Assembly: GCA_014729085.1 (NCBI GenBank)
Contig: WJKM01000011.1
Span: 46,264-110,263, forward strand
DNA: 64,000 bases
Direction: 5' to 3'
Source of the DNA: Candidatus Dojkabacteria bacterium
Lineage (GTDB): Bacteria; Patescibacteriota; Dojkabacteria; B142; WJKM01
The notes beneath the pieces were generated by a model that was not told where the DNA came from, made no database searches, and saw nothing but the letters and a program-made list of their open reading frames with translations. Both the position numbers and the translations under genes were made by a program. This document shows, piece after piece, positions 26,379 to 36,711 of this stretch (its first letter is position 1; the number at the start of each line of letters is the position of its first letter).

Positions 26379-27464
26379 ATGTTCAAATCAACCTCCTCAA
26401 AAATAATACTTGGTATAGTTGCTGTAACATCAGCTATTTTGATGTTTGTAAGTACAGTCACTATCTATAGAACTGAAAAAGAATTGGGAAGATTTATAGA
26501 GAACAGGCCTATTCTATTTAAAATACTACGCAAAGCCCCTGATCCAGCTGCAGTCAAGCTAGAAAGAGAGTTTAAAAGAAATCTATATACAACAATTACC
26601 TTTGCCAATATTCTAGGTTTTGGACTTGCAGTAATTGCAGGCACAATAATAGCAAAGCAAATTACAAAACCCCTTTCTGAACTGGAAAAAGGCATAAAAA
26701 AATTAAAGAAGAATAAGTATAAATTTAAACTAAAACATACAGATGTCGAAGAGTTTGATATTGTAATAGATGAATTTAATAATCTGATAAAGGAACTTGA
26801 TAGAGTTGAAAAACTAAGGCAGGATCTTGTTTCTGATGTATCCCACGAACTTAAAACTCCGTTGACTTCCATTCTCGGACAATTGGAAGGTATCCTAGAT
26901 CAGCTTTTTGATCCTGATCCCAAACGTATAAAAACTATAAAAAAACAGGTCGAAAGACTTTCCGAAATGGTGGAAAAGCTTCAGGATTATACTCGAATTA
27001 GATCTAAAACAGCTGACTTAAAACTTCAAAATATCAAAATTCATAAAATCTTTAGTGAGGTAGAAAACATGTATAGCCAACAACTCAAGAATAAAAATAT
27101 ACGATTTGTGTGTAATATCGACACAGATCTTACAATTCGAACAGATAAACTATTGTTGTTGAGAGTTATAACTAACCTTATTGACAACGCAATTAAATAC
27201 TCTGGTGGAAATGAAATTATATGCAAAGCGGATAAAGAAAAAATAGTAATAGAAGATAACGGTATTGGAATTGATGAAAAGCATCTGGATTTAATTTTTG
27301 AAAGATTTTATCGAGTTGAAAAATCAAGAAGTAGGAAAACGGGGGGTTTGGGTCTTGGCCTATCTATTGTAAAAGAAATTGTTGAAGCTCATGGATGGGA
27401 AATACATGCAGAACGGGTGAAAAATAATAATGGAGTCCGCTTTATCATCCACCTAAAAAACTAA
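26379..27464 (+). CDS. sensor histidine kinase (HisKA + HATPase_c), membrane-anchored
   Basis: 2 TM helices, H-box 'DVSHELKTPLTSI', N-box 'LIDNAIKYS', G-boxes 'EDNGIGID', 'GGLGLGLSIV'. Immediately downstream of the response regulator. Confidence 0.8.
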   Translation: MFKSTSSKIILGIVAVTSAILMFVSTVTIYRTEKELGRFIENRPILFKILRKAPDPAAVKLEREFKRNLYTTITFANILGFGLAVIAGTIIAKQITKPLSELEKGIKKLKKNKYKFKLKHTDVEEFDIVIDEFNNLIKELDRVEKLRQDLVSDVSHELKTPLTSILGQLEGILDQLFDPDPKRIKTIKKQVERLSEMVEKLQDYTRIRSKTADLKLQNIKIHKIFSEVENMYSQQLKNKNIRFVCNIDTDLTIRTDKLLLLRVITNLIDNAIKYSGGNEIICKADKEKIVIEDNGIGIDEKHLDLIFERFYRVEKSRSRKTGGLGLGLSIVKEIVEAHGWEIHAERVKNNNGVRFIIHLKN

Positions 27465-27541
27465 GTGAATAGCAGGTTAGTTTTGCTTTTACCTTATTTA
27501 TGTTATTTTAAATAACACAAACTATTACAAATTATCGGTAT

Positions 27542-28192
27542 AAAAAAAAGAAAGGATTCTCATTAGTCGAACTTCTAGTTACAATGGCAATAATAGCGGT
27601 ACTGATATCGATTGCCGCATATGGAATTCAAATTATACAAAGAAATGCACGTAATACAAAAAGAAGAAAAGTAGTTGAAGACTTAGCACTTACAGTCGCA
27701 GATATTCAAACAAACTATTTTTTATACCCAGAAAGCCTTACTGTTTCTTTTTATAAGACTAATAACAATAACCTCTTAAATTATATTGCAGATTATTATT
27801 CGGTAAACGCTAAGGAAAAACAAGACACAATTGCCAGAGTCGATATCTATACCAGGCCTCCCGAACACATTAATCCTATAGATCCAATAATTGGCACAGT
27901 ACCTCCCAAGACTAAACCTTCATCAAGTGATGTTCCTCAACCAGTAGAGACTAAGCCTCCTTCAGGACAAACAGGTACCAAACTCTCATTCAAACTTGGA
28001 GACGGAGCCAATGTCGGAGAGTATGAAATCAAGGCCTTTAATACAGCAACCGTAAGGAGTCAGAGCGGTGCATGCGATTCAATGCAGGAAGAAACAAATG
28101 AAAATGTAATAAACGTCTGTTATGATCCAAATAATTTGAAGCTAGGTGTCAATTTAGAGAGCAACACAACCGGTTATGTAACAGACATATAA
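27542..28192 (+). CDS. type IV pilin/pseudopilin-like protein (prepilin-type N-terminal cleavage/methylation domain); 5' boundary unresolved
   Basis: Translation upstream of the track ORF (27584) reads 'KKKKGFSLVELLVTMAIIAVLISIAAYG...'. This is the class III signal-peptide motif (G|FSLVE, Glu+5). The frame is open back to 27512 with no ATG/GTG/TTG. Confidence 0.6.
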   Translation, partial: KKKKGFSLVELLVTMAIIAVLISIAAYGIQIIQRNARNTKRRKVVEDLALTVADIQTNYFLYPESLTVSFYKTNNNNLLNYIADYYSVNAKEKQDTIARVDIYTRPPEHINPIDPIIGTVPPKTKPSSSDVPQPVETKPPSGQTGTKLSFKLGDGANVGEYEIKAFNTATVRSQSGACDSMQEETNENVINVCYDPNNLKLGVNLESNTTGYVTDI

Positions 28193-28359
28193 AAGTTGTA
28201 TACTAGCCCAAATTAGTAATCTGCATTTTCTCCCAATATTCTTTTGATTTTCATATTACCTTCATATTTTCTTTTTATGATTTTATCAACAAAGCTTAAA
28301 TTTATATTTTAGAGCTCAAGTTTAAGTTTTGAAAATAATTTATTTTTTACTTAATTCAA

Positions 28360-29025
28360 ATGAGAACAAAAGCCACAATATTAGCTGTAACAGCTTCAGT
28401 CATCGTTCTTGGTACAGCATTTCTAGGTTATAGTGTAGTATCTGCGCAAGAGGCTGACACATCTTCCATACTGTCAAAAGTAGCACAAATTCTCAATATC
28501 AGTGAGGAAGATCTTACAAATGCTTTCAAACAGGCAAAAATAGATGAAGTTAATTCCAAAGTTGAATCTGGAGAATTAGATGCAGACAAAGCAGCAGAAA
28601 TTATTGAACGAATAGAAAATTCTGAATTCTTTGGTTTTGGTCAACATAGAAAAAGAAAAGGACGAAGAGAATATGTAAAGCCAGGTATCAAGGATGTCAT
28701 GGATTTTCTCGGAATAGATTTTGAAGAAGCAATGCAATACAGACACGAGGGGAAAACACCTGCTGAAATTGCAGAAGAAAAAGGTGTATCTTACGAGGAA
28801 TTAAAAAGTTTTGTGATATCAGAAATCAAAGAAGCTGCAGACAAAGCTTTGGAAGACGGAACAATAGATCAAGAAAAGCATGACAAGATTTATGAAAATG
28901 CTGAAGAAAGAGCAGAAATGATGTTGAATCATGAACCTAAAAATAGAGGCTTTGGACCTATGAATGATAAAGGCAATCCCTCCCAACCTGATATGCATAA
29001 CCAGGCGTTTAACTTAGAAGTATAA
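28360..29025 (+). CDS. secreted hypothetical protein (signal peptide, acidic/helical)
   Basis: 221-aa ORF. Signal 'ILAVTASVIVLGTAFLGYSVVSAQEA'. No enzymatic motifs. Confidence 0.5.
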   Translation: MRTKATILAVTASVIVLGTAFLGYSVVSAQEADTSSILSKVAQILNISEEDLTNAFKQAKIDEVNSKVESGELDADKAAEIIERIENSEFFGFGQHRKRKGRREYVKPGIKDVMDFLGIDFEEAMQYRHEGKTPAEIAEEKGVSYEELKSFVISEIKEAADKALEDGTIDQEKHDKIYENAEERAEMMLNHEPKNRGFGPMNDKGNPSQPDMHNQAFNLEV

Positions 29026-29098
29026 TACGACTTTAAAATATTGGAGCAACTTAGTACCTTCATGGAGGCTGGTAACTAAAGTTGCTCCAAGCATTTGA

Positions 29099-30511
29099 CT
29101 ATTCGACACTTTCCAGTTCTCCACTAATCAAGGCGACTATTAAATCATCTAATTTTTCAACACTGTAGTCGTTTTCCGAAACATGATAATCTGTACCTCC
29201 CTGTGCATTTGTGATGAAAACATATTTAGCATTTGTTATTAGTGCTATCTGTCTAAACATATACTCACCCTCGGAATTATCCAGTCCGCTTGATGCTAAA
29301 GGATAAATCTTGACCCCCAACTCTAAAGCCCGAAGCATTGCAGTTCTATAGTCATAATTTTGTCCATAATCCATATGCGGTGGTGCATCAGCAACAAGAA
29401 AGCTTATTCTTACTGTATTTTTGTCCTTACCCCATGATAGCTCTTCCAAACTGTCAGCAAGGGCTGTATTAACATCTTCTTCGTAATCCCCCCCTCCTGA
29501 AGCTCGAACCTTGTTAAGATTTGCCTGGAATTCATTCAGATCCTCAGTGAAGTCATAAACCCTGGTTAGATATTCATCTTGCTGATCTCTATAAATTACC
29601 ATTCCATATCTGATCTTTGGCTGAACTGATAGGGATTTAACACGGTTTGAGATACTTTGAATCGTATCTTTCAGTTTATTGATTTGATCTGACATTGATC
29701 CTGTTGTATCTATAATAAACGCAAGGTCTAAAGTTAAATTACTTTTATTATTAACTGCATAATCCAAATCAATCACCCACTCATCTTCAAGTTCAGAAAA
29801 TTCAACATATCTATTATCTGAATAATAAATCTTGTATTCACCAGGATACTCATTATTGCCTCTTACTTGATTATTGGGAACTATATAACTGGAAGGATAG
29901 AAATAAATTTGTCCGTCTGTGTCTGTCCTAATTCTATACTCTTGTCCCATACCATCCTCCATTACAAGCTTATGTCCCAGTACCCCTTTCCCTTCCAGAT
30001 CTTCCACTTTAATCAAATATCTATGAGACAAATCTATATCATATCCGTTTCCCTTATTGGCTGTTTGTATGTATTCTAGATACTGCTGAAACAATTCGTT
30101 ATCATCTATCTCTCCTCCCTTCAAATTCGCGGCCTGTTGTGGTGAATTTGATTCCTCGTAATCAAAAGACTCTTCTATAGCAGATTCGACTTCTAATGAA
30201 TCTTTACTTGAACGGCCCAAAAATCTTGAGAAGGAGGATACAACAGAATCTTCTTCAGAACCTGGTATACCCGAGTAACCATCTTCTCCTCTTCTTTCCT
30301 TGTATTCTTCCTTATCTTTAAGTTCTAACACTTTATCCTCACCTACTTGAAATCTTTCCAATACAGGAGAATCTTCACTGAATGCAAAAACTGGGTCATC
30401 TTCAGGTTGATCTTCTTCCTGGTCCTGTATTAAGTATACAGTAGGAACTACAATACATATCACTGTTACTAGAAGTCCCGCAATTACAAAAACTGCCTTA
30501 TATTTCTTCAT
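29099..30511 (-). CDS. membrane-anchored von Willebrand factor A (vWA) domain protein
   Basis: 470-aa ORF with N-terminal TM. MIDAS motif 'LDLAFIIDTTGSMSD' and downstream 'DAPPH...LASSG' vWA elements. Confidence 0.65.
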   Translation of the reverse strand: MKKYKAVFVIAGLLVTVICIVVPTVYLIQDQEEDQPEDDPVFAFSEDSPVLERFQVGEDKVLELKDKEEYKERRGEDGYSGIPGSEEDSVVSSFSRFLGRSSKDSLEVESAIEESFDYEESNSPQQAANLKGGEIDDNELFQQYLEYIQTANKGNGYDIDLSHRYLIKVEDLEGKGVLGHKLVMEDGMGQEYRIRTDTDGQIYFYPSSYIVPNNQVRGNNEYPGEYKIYYSDNRYVEFSELEDEWVIDLDYAVNNKSNLTLDLAFIIDTTGSMSDQINKLKDTIQSISNRVKSLSVQPKIRYGMVIYRDQQDEYLTRVYDFTEDLNEFQANLNKVRASGGGDYEEDVNTALADSLEELSWGKDKNTVRISFLVADAPPHMDYGQNYDYRTAMLRALELGVKIYPLASSGLDNSEGEYMFRQIALITNAKYVFITNAQGGTDYHVSENDYSVEKLDDLIVALISGELESVE

Positions 30512-30570
30512 TTAGATAACTTAAAAATTTAACTCATTAATTTAGATAAAAAAGGTTACAAGGTTTATCT

Positions 30571-31464
30571 TCAAGATTCACTAAAAATTTTTAAAATATC
30601 CATCAAATTTCCAACTGAATATAAATTATCGCTTTCTTTTATCAACTTCGTTTGATTTTTTCTGACAAGTATTGCCATCCCGAATCCCATTTTTGTAAAG
30701 GGAGTTTCCAGATCTCCCTCGTAAGAATCCCCAACAATCACAGAGTTTTTCAAATCGAGATTTTTACTTAAACAATTTTCCGCTAGACTGATCGCCTTTT
30801 TAAAAAATTCAATAGTTGGTTTATCCTCAGGATCTCCAATTGAAAGACCTTGGTATTCTAAACCTCTTCTACGCAGTTGTTCAATACGTTTAGTTTTCAT
30901 TTTCTTTGAATATTCTGGTTTATACAAAAATTGACCATCATCTCTCATTTGTAGACGTGCGTCACTACTCGTAATTAGAAAAATTGGTCTATTATTCTTT
31001 ACAAGTCTTGTATTTAGATCTATAGCTCCTGAAAAAAAAGAAACTTTTGCAGTTAACTCCTTCCAGTAACTTTCTGCTGCACCCTCAACATAGGCTTTTC
31101 TTGGTTCCACTCCTACTTTATCCATTGCAAGTTTTATAAACACTTCCCTGCTCCATTTCTTATACTTGCCCCATTCTTTTATAACTAATTTCTGAGAATT
31201 CGCAACTTTTTCAAGTAAGGAATTTGATTCATCAAGCAACTCTTGATTATTAGCATTGGCAGAATCCTTATTGAGTCTGTATCCAGCCAAAATAGTATTA
31301 AATATCTTATTAAATTGAACTTTTATTCTTTCAGACTTTTCGTTTCCATACTTCTCTTCGAGAGCTTCTACAATTCCTTCTGATGCAATCTCATTAACTC
31401 CAGCTGTATCTATTAAAGTATCATCAATATCAAAAAACCATATTGATTTTTTTAAATTGTTCAT
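30571..31464 (-). CDS. HAD-superfamily hydrolase
   Basis: Motif I 'FFDIDDTLID', plus 'FLITSSDAR' and the 'VIVGDSYEGD' motif IV region. Confidence 0.6.
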   Translation of the reverse strand: MNNLKKSIWFFDIDDTLIDTAGVNEIASEGIVEALEEKYGNEKSERIKVQFNKIFNTILAGYRLNKDSANANNQELLDESNSLLEKVANSQKLVIKEWGKYKKWSREVFIKLAMDKVGVEPRKAYVEGAAESYWKELTAKVSFFSGAIDLNTRLVKNNRPIFLITSSDARLQMRDDGQFLYKPEYSKKMKTKRIEQLRRRGLEYQGLSIGDPEDKPTIEFFKKAISLAENCLSKNLDLKNSVIVGDSYEGDLETPFTKMGFGMAILVRKNQTKLIKESDNLYSVGNLMDILKIFSES

Positions 31465-31487
31465 TTTCGGCTGTCCTTAAATAAATC

Positions 31488-32225
31488 TTAATCCCAGCTT
31501 AACTTACTGTCGCCAGTTATTGGTATCTTGGGTCCACCATATTTTGGTGAGGAATCAACCAAAATATCAAAAAATGCCTTTACTTTGGCTAACTTCTCCC
31601 TAAATTCAATTCTTTTTGCATTCATATATACATGTTTATCCGATTCTATTCCAACTGCATCTAGATCTAAATTTCGTGCAATATATATCGATCTAGGCAA
31701 GTGAAATTTTTGAGTGACAATTATTATCGAATCAACCTCAAAAATTTCTTTTGCTCGATACATACTGTCATATGTATCGAATCCAGCATGATCCATAAAA
31801 ATATCTTCTGGCGGAATTCCCTGTTCTACAAGATAGGTTTTAATTGAATTCACTTCATCATATTCTTTTCTTCCATGATCTCCGCTTATTAGTATCTTTT
31901 CAACCTTTTTGGCTTCGTATAAATCTATTGCTGTCTCGGCTCTATCTGCAAGAATGTCGCTGAGAGATCCATCAGAATATACTAAAGCTCCAAGAATAAC
32001 AGCTGTTTGGGCTTGAGGTACTTTATCTATTGAAGAATAAACATATTCCCTGCTGAAACTATTAATATATTTATTGATAGATAAGGTGATAAATACAACT
32101 GTAGCAAATCCAATAAAGAGCACTTTGATAATTTTCTCGAAGGTTAGATTTTTAATTAATTTATTTATAATTGATTTTTGATAAATTCCGAGAAGCTTAT
32201 TATATATTGGGGAAATTTTTGCCAT
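31488..32225 (-). CDS. DUF218/SanA(YdcF)-family membrane-anchored protein
   Basis: 'AQTAVILGALVYSDGSLSDILADRAETAIDLYEAKKVEKILISGDHG' is the DUF218 core. N-terminal TM. Confidence 0.7.
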   Translation of the reverse strand: MAKISPIYNKLLGIYQKSIINKLIKNLTFEKIIKVLFIGFATVVFITLSINKYINSFSREYVYSSIDKVPQAQTAVILGALVYSDGSLSDILADRAETAIDLYEAKKVEKILISGDHGRKEYDEVNSIKTYLVEQGIPPEDIFMDHAGFDTYDSMYRAKEIFEVDSIIIVTQKFHLPRSIYIARNLDLDAVGIESDKHVYMNAKRIEFREKLAKVKAFFDILVDSSPKYGGPKIPITGDSKLSWD

Positions 32226-32296
32226 ATTGTATATTTAATAATATGAAATATTATACAAATTTAATTGATTTATATCACTTATAATAGGACGAGCTT

Positions 32297-33583
32297 ATGA
32301 ACAAAAATATTACACAAAATCAAAACTATGATTTAACAGTGATTGGCGGTGGACCGGCAGGAATGATGACAGCTATTTCTGCTGCTTCAAAAGGAAAAGA
32401 TGTTGCTCTAATTGAAAAAAATAGAAGACTAGGACAAAAACTACTCTTAACTGGAAAAGGAAGATGCAATATTACCAATGCAGAAAATGATATAAAAAAA
32501 TTTGCTAAAGAGTATGGAAAAAATGCACATTTTCTTTTACCTGCTTTATACAATTTTACGCCCCAAGATACTCTCCATTTTTTTATGCAATGTGGTATTA
32601 ATACTAAAATCGAAAGAGGAAACAGGGTTTTTCCTCAAAGCGACAAAGCTTCAGATGTTTTAAGAGGTTTAGTTAAAATGCTTAATAAGCAAAACGTAGA
32701 GATACTCCTGAATACTAAAGTTGTATCAATAATTTCAAAGAATAATACTATTAAGAAAATTAATACTGATAAAGGTGATATTATCTCAAAAAACTATGTA
32801 GTAGCAACCGGGGGGCTGTCTTATCCGGAAACAGGATCAACCGGTGATGGATATAAGTGGGCAGAAAAATTGGGACATAAACTAATATTGCCAAGGCCTG
32901 CTCTCGTAGGAGTTATTGTAAAGGAAAAATGGATTAAGCAATTACAGGGATTAAGCCTAAAAAATGTAAAGATAACCTTACATCAACCGTCAGACCCTGA
33001 TCATTTGCATCCCAGCAGTTATAAAAAACTTGACGAAAAATTTGGAGAAGCTTTATTTACAAATGTTGGAATGAGCGGTCCAATAATTTTAGACATGAGC
33101 AAAAAAATCGGGGGGCTTTTACAGTACGGTCCTTGTAAATTGGTCATTGATTTTAAACCAGCCCTCGACTTTACTCAACTTGACAAGAGGCTTCTCAACG
33201 ATTTTCAAGAATTTGATAAAAAAATGTTCAAAAATTCTCTTAACCAACTTCTGCCGAGTAAAATTATTCCCCTAATAATTGAGCTTTCAAAAATTAATCC
33301 AGAAAAAAGAGTAAACCAAATTACACGTAATGAAAGAAGCAGGCTCCTACATTTATTAAAAGAGTTTGAACTTACAGTGACCAAAACTGAAGGTTTCGAA
33401 AAAGCAATAGTAACAGCCGGCGGGATTGAACTAACAGAAATCGATTCTAAAACAATGAAATCAAAAATCATAGACAACCTGTATTTAGCTGGAGAAATTT
33501 TGGATATTGATGGACCTACAGGTGGTTATAATCTACAGATGTGCTGGAGTACTGGGAGTTTAGCAGGAAAGTTTAGAAGCTAA
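32297..33583 (+). CDS. HI0933-family (BaiN/aminoacetone-oxidase-like) FAD-dependent flavoprotein
   Basis: 'YDLTVIGGGPAGMMTAISAASKGKDVALIEKNRRLGQKLLLTGKGRCNITN' and C-terminal 'AGEILDIDGPTGGYNLQMCWSTG'. Confidence 0.75.
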   Translation: MNKNITQNQNYDLTVIGGGPAGMMTAISAASKGKDVALIEKNRRLGQKLLLTGKGRCNITNAENDIKKFAKEYGKNAHFLLPALYNFTPQDTLHFFMQCGINTKIERGNRVFPQSDKASDVLRGLVKMLNKQNVEILLNTKVVSIISKNNTIKKINTDKGDIISKNYVVATGGLSYPETGSTGDGYKWAEKLGHKLILPRPALVGVIVKEKWIKQLQGLSLKNVKITLHQPSDPDHLHPSSYKKLDEKFGEALFTNVGMSGPIILDMSKKIGGLLQYGPCKLVIDFKPALDFTQLDKRLLNDFQEFDKKMFKNSLNQLLPSKIIPLIIELSKINPEKRVNQITRNERSRLLHLLKEFELTVTKTEGFEKAIVTAGGIELTEIDSKTMKSKIIDNLYLAGEILDIDGPTGGYNLQMCWSTGSLAGKFRS

Positions 33584-33673
33584 AAGAAAAAACCACTAGA
33601 CTTTATTTTTGCCTCCTTGTAGAGATAAAGAGGAAACCGGGTTTGGACTTTCGGGTTTTAATATTAAACATAT

Positions 33674-35590
33674 CTACTCCCAAATAATAGTTACTGGTTT
33701 TGAATATTGTTGGTCTGAGTTATTAGGCTGGTATATATCAGTTAACAGTTGATCTGCTGATATATTTCTATTCAAAAGCTGTTGTCTAACTCTAAAAACA
33801 AGTTTATTATCTCCAATTACTGGATAATTTGAGCCTTTCAATATGCTCGTAGGTATTTTCACATAACCATCACTAATATAGATTGGGTAACCTTCAAGAT
33901 TGAAAATAAACCCTTCCCTATACGCCATACCTATACCAGTCCAAACTGCCACCTCAACTTGTAAAAATCCATCATATGGACCTGACTCTGTGTAAACATG
34001 TAAATCTATAAAACTTTTATCTTTGTTAACATTTTGTAATAAAATTGGCGCCCCTGAAGCATTGTTACCAAAATTGATTTCTAAAGGCTTTGATGGATCA
34101 GGAACATATTTTTTAAAGCGTTCTATTATAATTCCATCCTTTCTATTATTTGGATCCTCACAGTTATTTTTCAACATACAATTATTAATTTTCATAGGAT
34201 ATTGCCTAATTGAAATCGGTAGACCGACTGCATCAAGATCCCAATCCTCAATTAATTTACCTAAACCCAGTGTTTTGAATTTCGTATCAACAAAACCATA
34301 GAAATGTTGATCCTCAGAATATCTTATCTGATAGAGACCTCCCAAGTCTGGTCTCTGACTTTTCCTTGCAGCCATGTGCCAAGTTGTAACAAGATTATAA
34401 GTTGAAACATCTGCAGGATCTCTACCCCATCCAATCATTTTATTACCAATAATGGTAAATTCGTTACTAAGTTCAGAAGGTAGCAATTTAGCAGGGACTA
34501 AACTATAAAAATATTTTTCCATAGAATAAGAAGAGTGCTTGGCAACTCCACCTTCGTAAGTATTCGTGGGTTTCGACTTCCATCCTGTTGGGTCTACATA
34601 ATAAATTTTTTGTTTTCCAAGTCTTCCAAGCAATTTTTGATCTTCACTATCTGGATGTGTTGGGATCGTTGTATAGTCTGAAAACCGCAATGATCCAGAG
34701 TGGTCTACTAGCTTGTCATATGTATATTTGATATGAGCTGTTGCCTTCCAATTAAGCGAATCTTCTTCAACAATACAAAACCGTAATACGTCTATTCTGT
34801 TCGATTTTCCAAAAGGATGGTCATTACTCTTTGGATTCTCCCAGTACGCAGGATTCCAATATGAGGTCGGAGTTGTTTTACTGATTCTCATAATTGTTGA
34901 ATTTGTCCCCACTCCAGCTTCTCCTGGGCAAATATCGTCTTCATACTCAATCTTCGTAAAACCAGTAAAAAATCTCTGTGGCTTTCCTGATGAATCTGTA
35001 TTAGAATAATCTAAGTATTGATTTTTGTATATGGCGTAGGCTCCTGGAACAGGTTTAGGGATTGGATAGTTAATGTTATCTTGAGTATTATAAGAAGACA
35101 ATGAAGATTTATATACTTCCTTATCTTCCACAGATATTAATTTCTCTGTACTAAAAGGCTGGTTTTCTCCTACAGGTTTAATAGAAGCAATATAATGTCC
35201 AACAGGAATATTCGAATCTGTTTCAACTTCTCCCTTACCATTTCTTACATAAACATCCCATTTAGTAACCGGATATGCTGTACATTGATTTGTATCGCTG
35301 TTACAAAATACCGATTTCACATCCAAATAACCATTATAAGGACTTCCATCTTTGTAGTTAACTTCTATTGAGTATGTCTTACCCTGCGGTATTACACTTG
35401 GTGTCATTGTAAGATCCAGTGGATATTTTGCGTAATCGTTGGCACTTGCTTCTGTCTCCTTCACATCTACTTCCTTCGTATTTCGTATATAAAATCCAGT
35501 AAACACTGCCAAAACAAACAAAATGAAGAAACCTAGCAAAGTCAAAAGTAGTTTCTTTTTGGATTTGTTATGGAAAGATACGTGCTTCAT
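33674..35590 (-). CDS. large secreted/membrane-anchored hypothetical protein
   Basis: The track ORF extends to 35674. The likely start is the Met of 'MKHVSFHNKSKKKLLLTLLGFFILFVLAV' (ATG rc at 35588-35590). About 640 aa, beta-rich, no motif recognised. Confidence 0.55.
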   Translation of the reverse strand: MKHVSFHNKSKKKLLLTLLGFFILFVLAVFTGFYIRNTKEVDVKETEASANDYAKYPLDLTMTPSVIPQGKTYSIEVNYKDGSPYNGYLDVKSVFCNSDTNQCTAYPVTKWDVYVRNGKGEVETDSNIPVGHYIASIKPVGENQPFSTEKLISVEDKEVYKSSLSSYNTQDNINYPIPKPVPGAYAIYKNQYLDYSNTDSSGKPQRFFTGFTKIEYEDDICPGEAGVGTNSTIMRISKTTPTSYWNPAYWENPKSNDHPFGKSNRIDVLRFCIVEEDSLNWKATAHIKYTYDKLVDHSGSLRFSDYTTIPTHPDSEDQKLLGRLGKQKIYYVDPTGWKSKPTNTYEGGVAKHSSYSMEKYFYSLVPAKLLPSELSNEFTIIGNKMIGWGRDPADVSTYNLVTTWHMAARKSQRPDLGGLYQIRYSEDQHFYGFVDTKFKTLGLGKLIEDWDLDAVGLPISIRQYPMKINNCMLKNNCEDPNNRKDGIIIERFKKYVPDPSKPLEINFGNNASGAPILLQNVNKDKSFIDLHVYTESGPYDGFLQVEVAVWTGIGMAYREGFIFNLEGYPIYISDGYVKIPTSILKGSNYPVIGDNKLVFRVRQQLLNRNISADQLLTDIYQPNNSDQQYSKPVTIIWE

Positions 35591-35731
35591 GATATAAAAA
35601 TATATAGTTAGGTATATTTCTAAAAATATTCTACCGACAAATCCTACCAATGTAAATCTATTCTTTTTGAACATCTTGATTTTCTAGAGTTTCCCCCTTC
35701 CACTTCCTAAATAGCTAACCTGGTATGGACT

Positions 35732-36451
35732 TTAAACTTCATGACTTTTCCTAAACATATCAATCTGAGCTTGAATATAACCTGAAGGGTTTCCAATATC
35801 TGCAAAATATCCGTCGTCGATATAGGCATAGATTTCTTCACCTGAGGCTAATACCTTTGGGATAATATCATATGAAAGATTCGTGAACTCTCCTTCTGGT
35901 ATATATTCCAAAATTTTATTCTCAAAAATATAAAGTCCCGAAACCGCGATGTTCGAAAAAACCTCATCTGGTTTGGGCTTCTCCTTAAACTTGCGTATTT
36001 TATTATCATGATCAATATCAATTATCGCCCTTCTTGTTGGATCTTCCCATTCCCTCGCATACAAAGTTCCAATACCACCTTTATTATCATGAACTTCTTG
36101 AAAATCATTGAAATCCACTACAAAAAGATTGTCTCCATTTATAAGTATAAAATTTTCGTCTTCTATAAAATCCTCAAACTTTTTTAAATCTCCCCCTGTA
36201 CCTGAAAGCTCTTCCTGCTTATTATAAGTGATTCGAATCTCGTAATCAGACCCATCTCCTAAAAACTTTTCAATCTTTTCTCCCAAATGAAATAAGTTAA
36301 TACCCACTTCCTTTATATTATTCTGAGCTAACCATTCAAGTTGATATACAATAACTGGTTTACCGTTTACAGGCATAAGAGGTTTAGGTAGTTGATCTGT
36401 AAAAGGAGCAAGTCGAGTTCCAAGACCTGCTGCCATTATTATAGCTTTCAT
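35732..36451 (-). CDS. sugar-1-phosphate nucleotidyltransferase (RmlA/GCD1/mannose-1-P guanylyltransferase-like)
   Basis: 'MKAIIMAAGLGTRLAPFTDQLPKPLMPVNGKPVIVYQLEWL' is the NTP_transferase signature. Start moved to the internal Met. It overlaps the upstream small gene by 4 nt (ATGA). Confidence 0.75.
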   Translation of the reverse strand: MKAIIMAAGLGTRLAPFTDQLPKPLMPVNGKPVIVYQLEWLAQNNIKEVGINLFHLGEKIEKFLGDGSDYEIRITYNKQEELSGTGGDLKKFEDFIEDENFILINGDNLFVVDFNDFQEVHDNKGGIGTLYAREWEDPTRRAIIDIDHDNKIRKFKEKPKPDEVFSNIAVSGLYIFENKILEYIPEGEFTNLSYDIIPKVLASGEEIYAYIDDGYFADIGNPSGYIQAQIDMFRKSHEV

Positions 36452-36711
36452 TTTTCCTTTTTCTTCTTTAGAAAATAAAATACAACAAAAAATAAAGCTC
36501 CAGAAAAAATCCAAAGACATGAGCAAACCAAAGTAAACATTACAGATACTGAATAATCTGGTTCGCATGCACCTATTGGATTGCCCAATTCATCAACTCC
36601 GTCCCAACACATAATTGCCGGAGGTTTAATTAAGAAAAAATATACTGGTATTGATATTAACCCTAAAATTAATACTATAACACTGACTGTTTTTAGCATA
36701 TTCTTATTCAT
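36448..36711 (-). CDS. small 2-TM membrane protein, translationally coupled to the nucleotidyltransferase
   Basis: 87-aa ORF with two hydrophobic helices. ATGA overlap with the downstream gene. Confidence 0.4.
   Translation of the reverse strand: MNKNMLKTVSVIVLILGLISIPVYFFLIKPPAIMCWDGVDELGNPIGACEPDYSVSVMFTLVCSCLWIFSGALFFVVFYFLKKKKEK

Noticed and set aside
26282-26470. 62-aa ORF between the response regulator and the histidine kinase
   Set aside because: It overlaps the HK start and the translation is gibberish-like (Cys/Tyr/Ile-rich). The HK start at 26379 with its TM helix is the coherent gene.
33636-33665. Possible terminator 'AAACCGGGTTTGGACTTTCGGGTTTT' after the flavoprotein gene
   Set aside because: Only a 5-6-bp imperfect stem (AAACC/GGTTT) can be drawn. 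Too weak to call.
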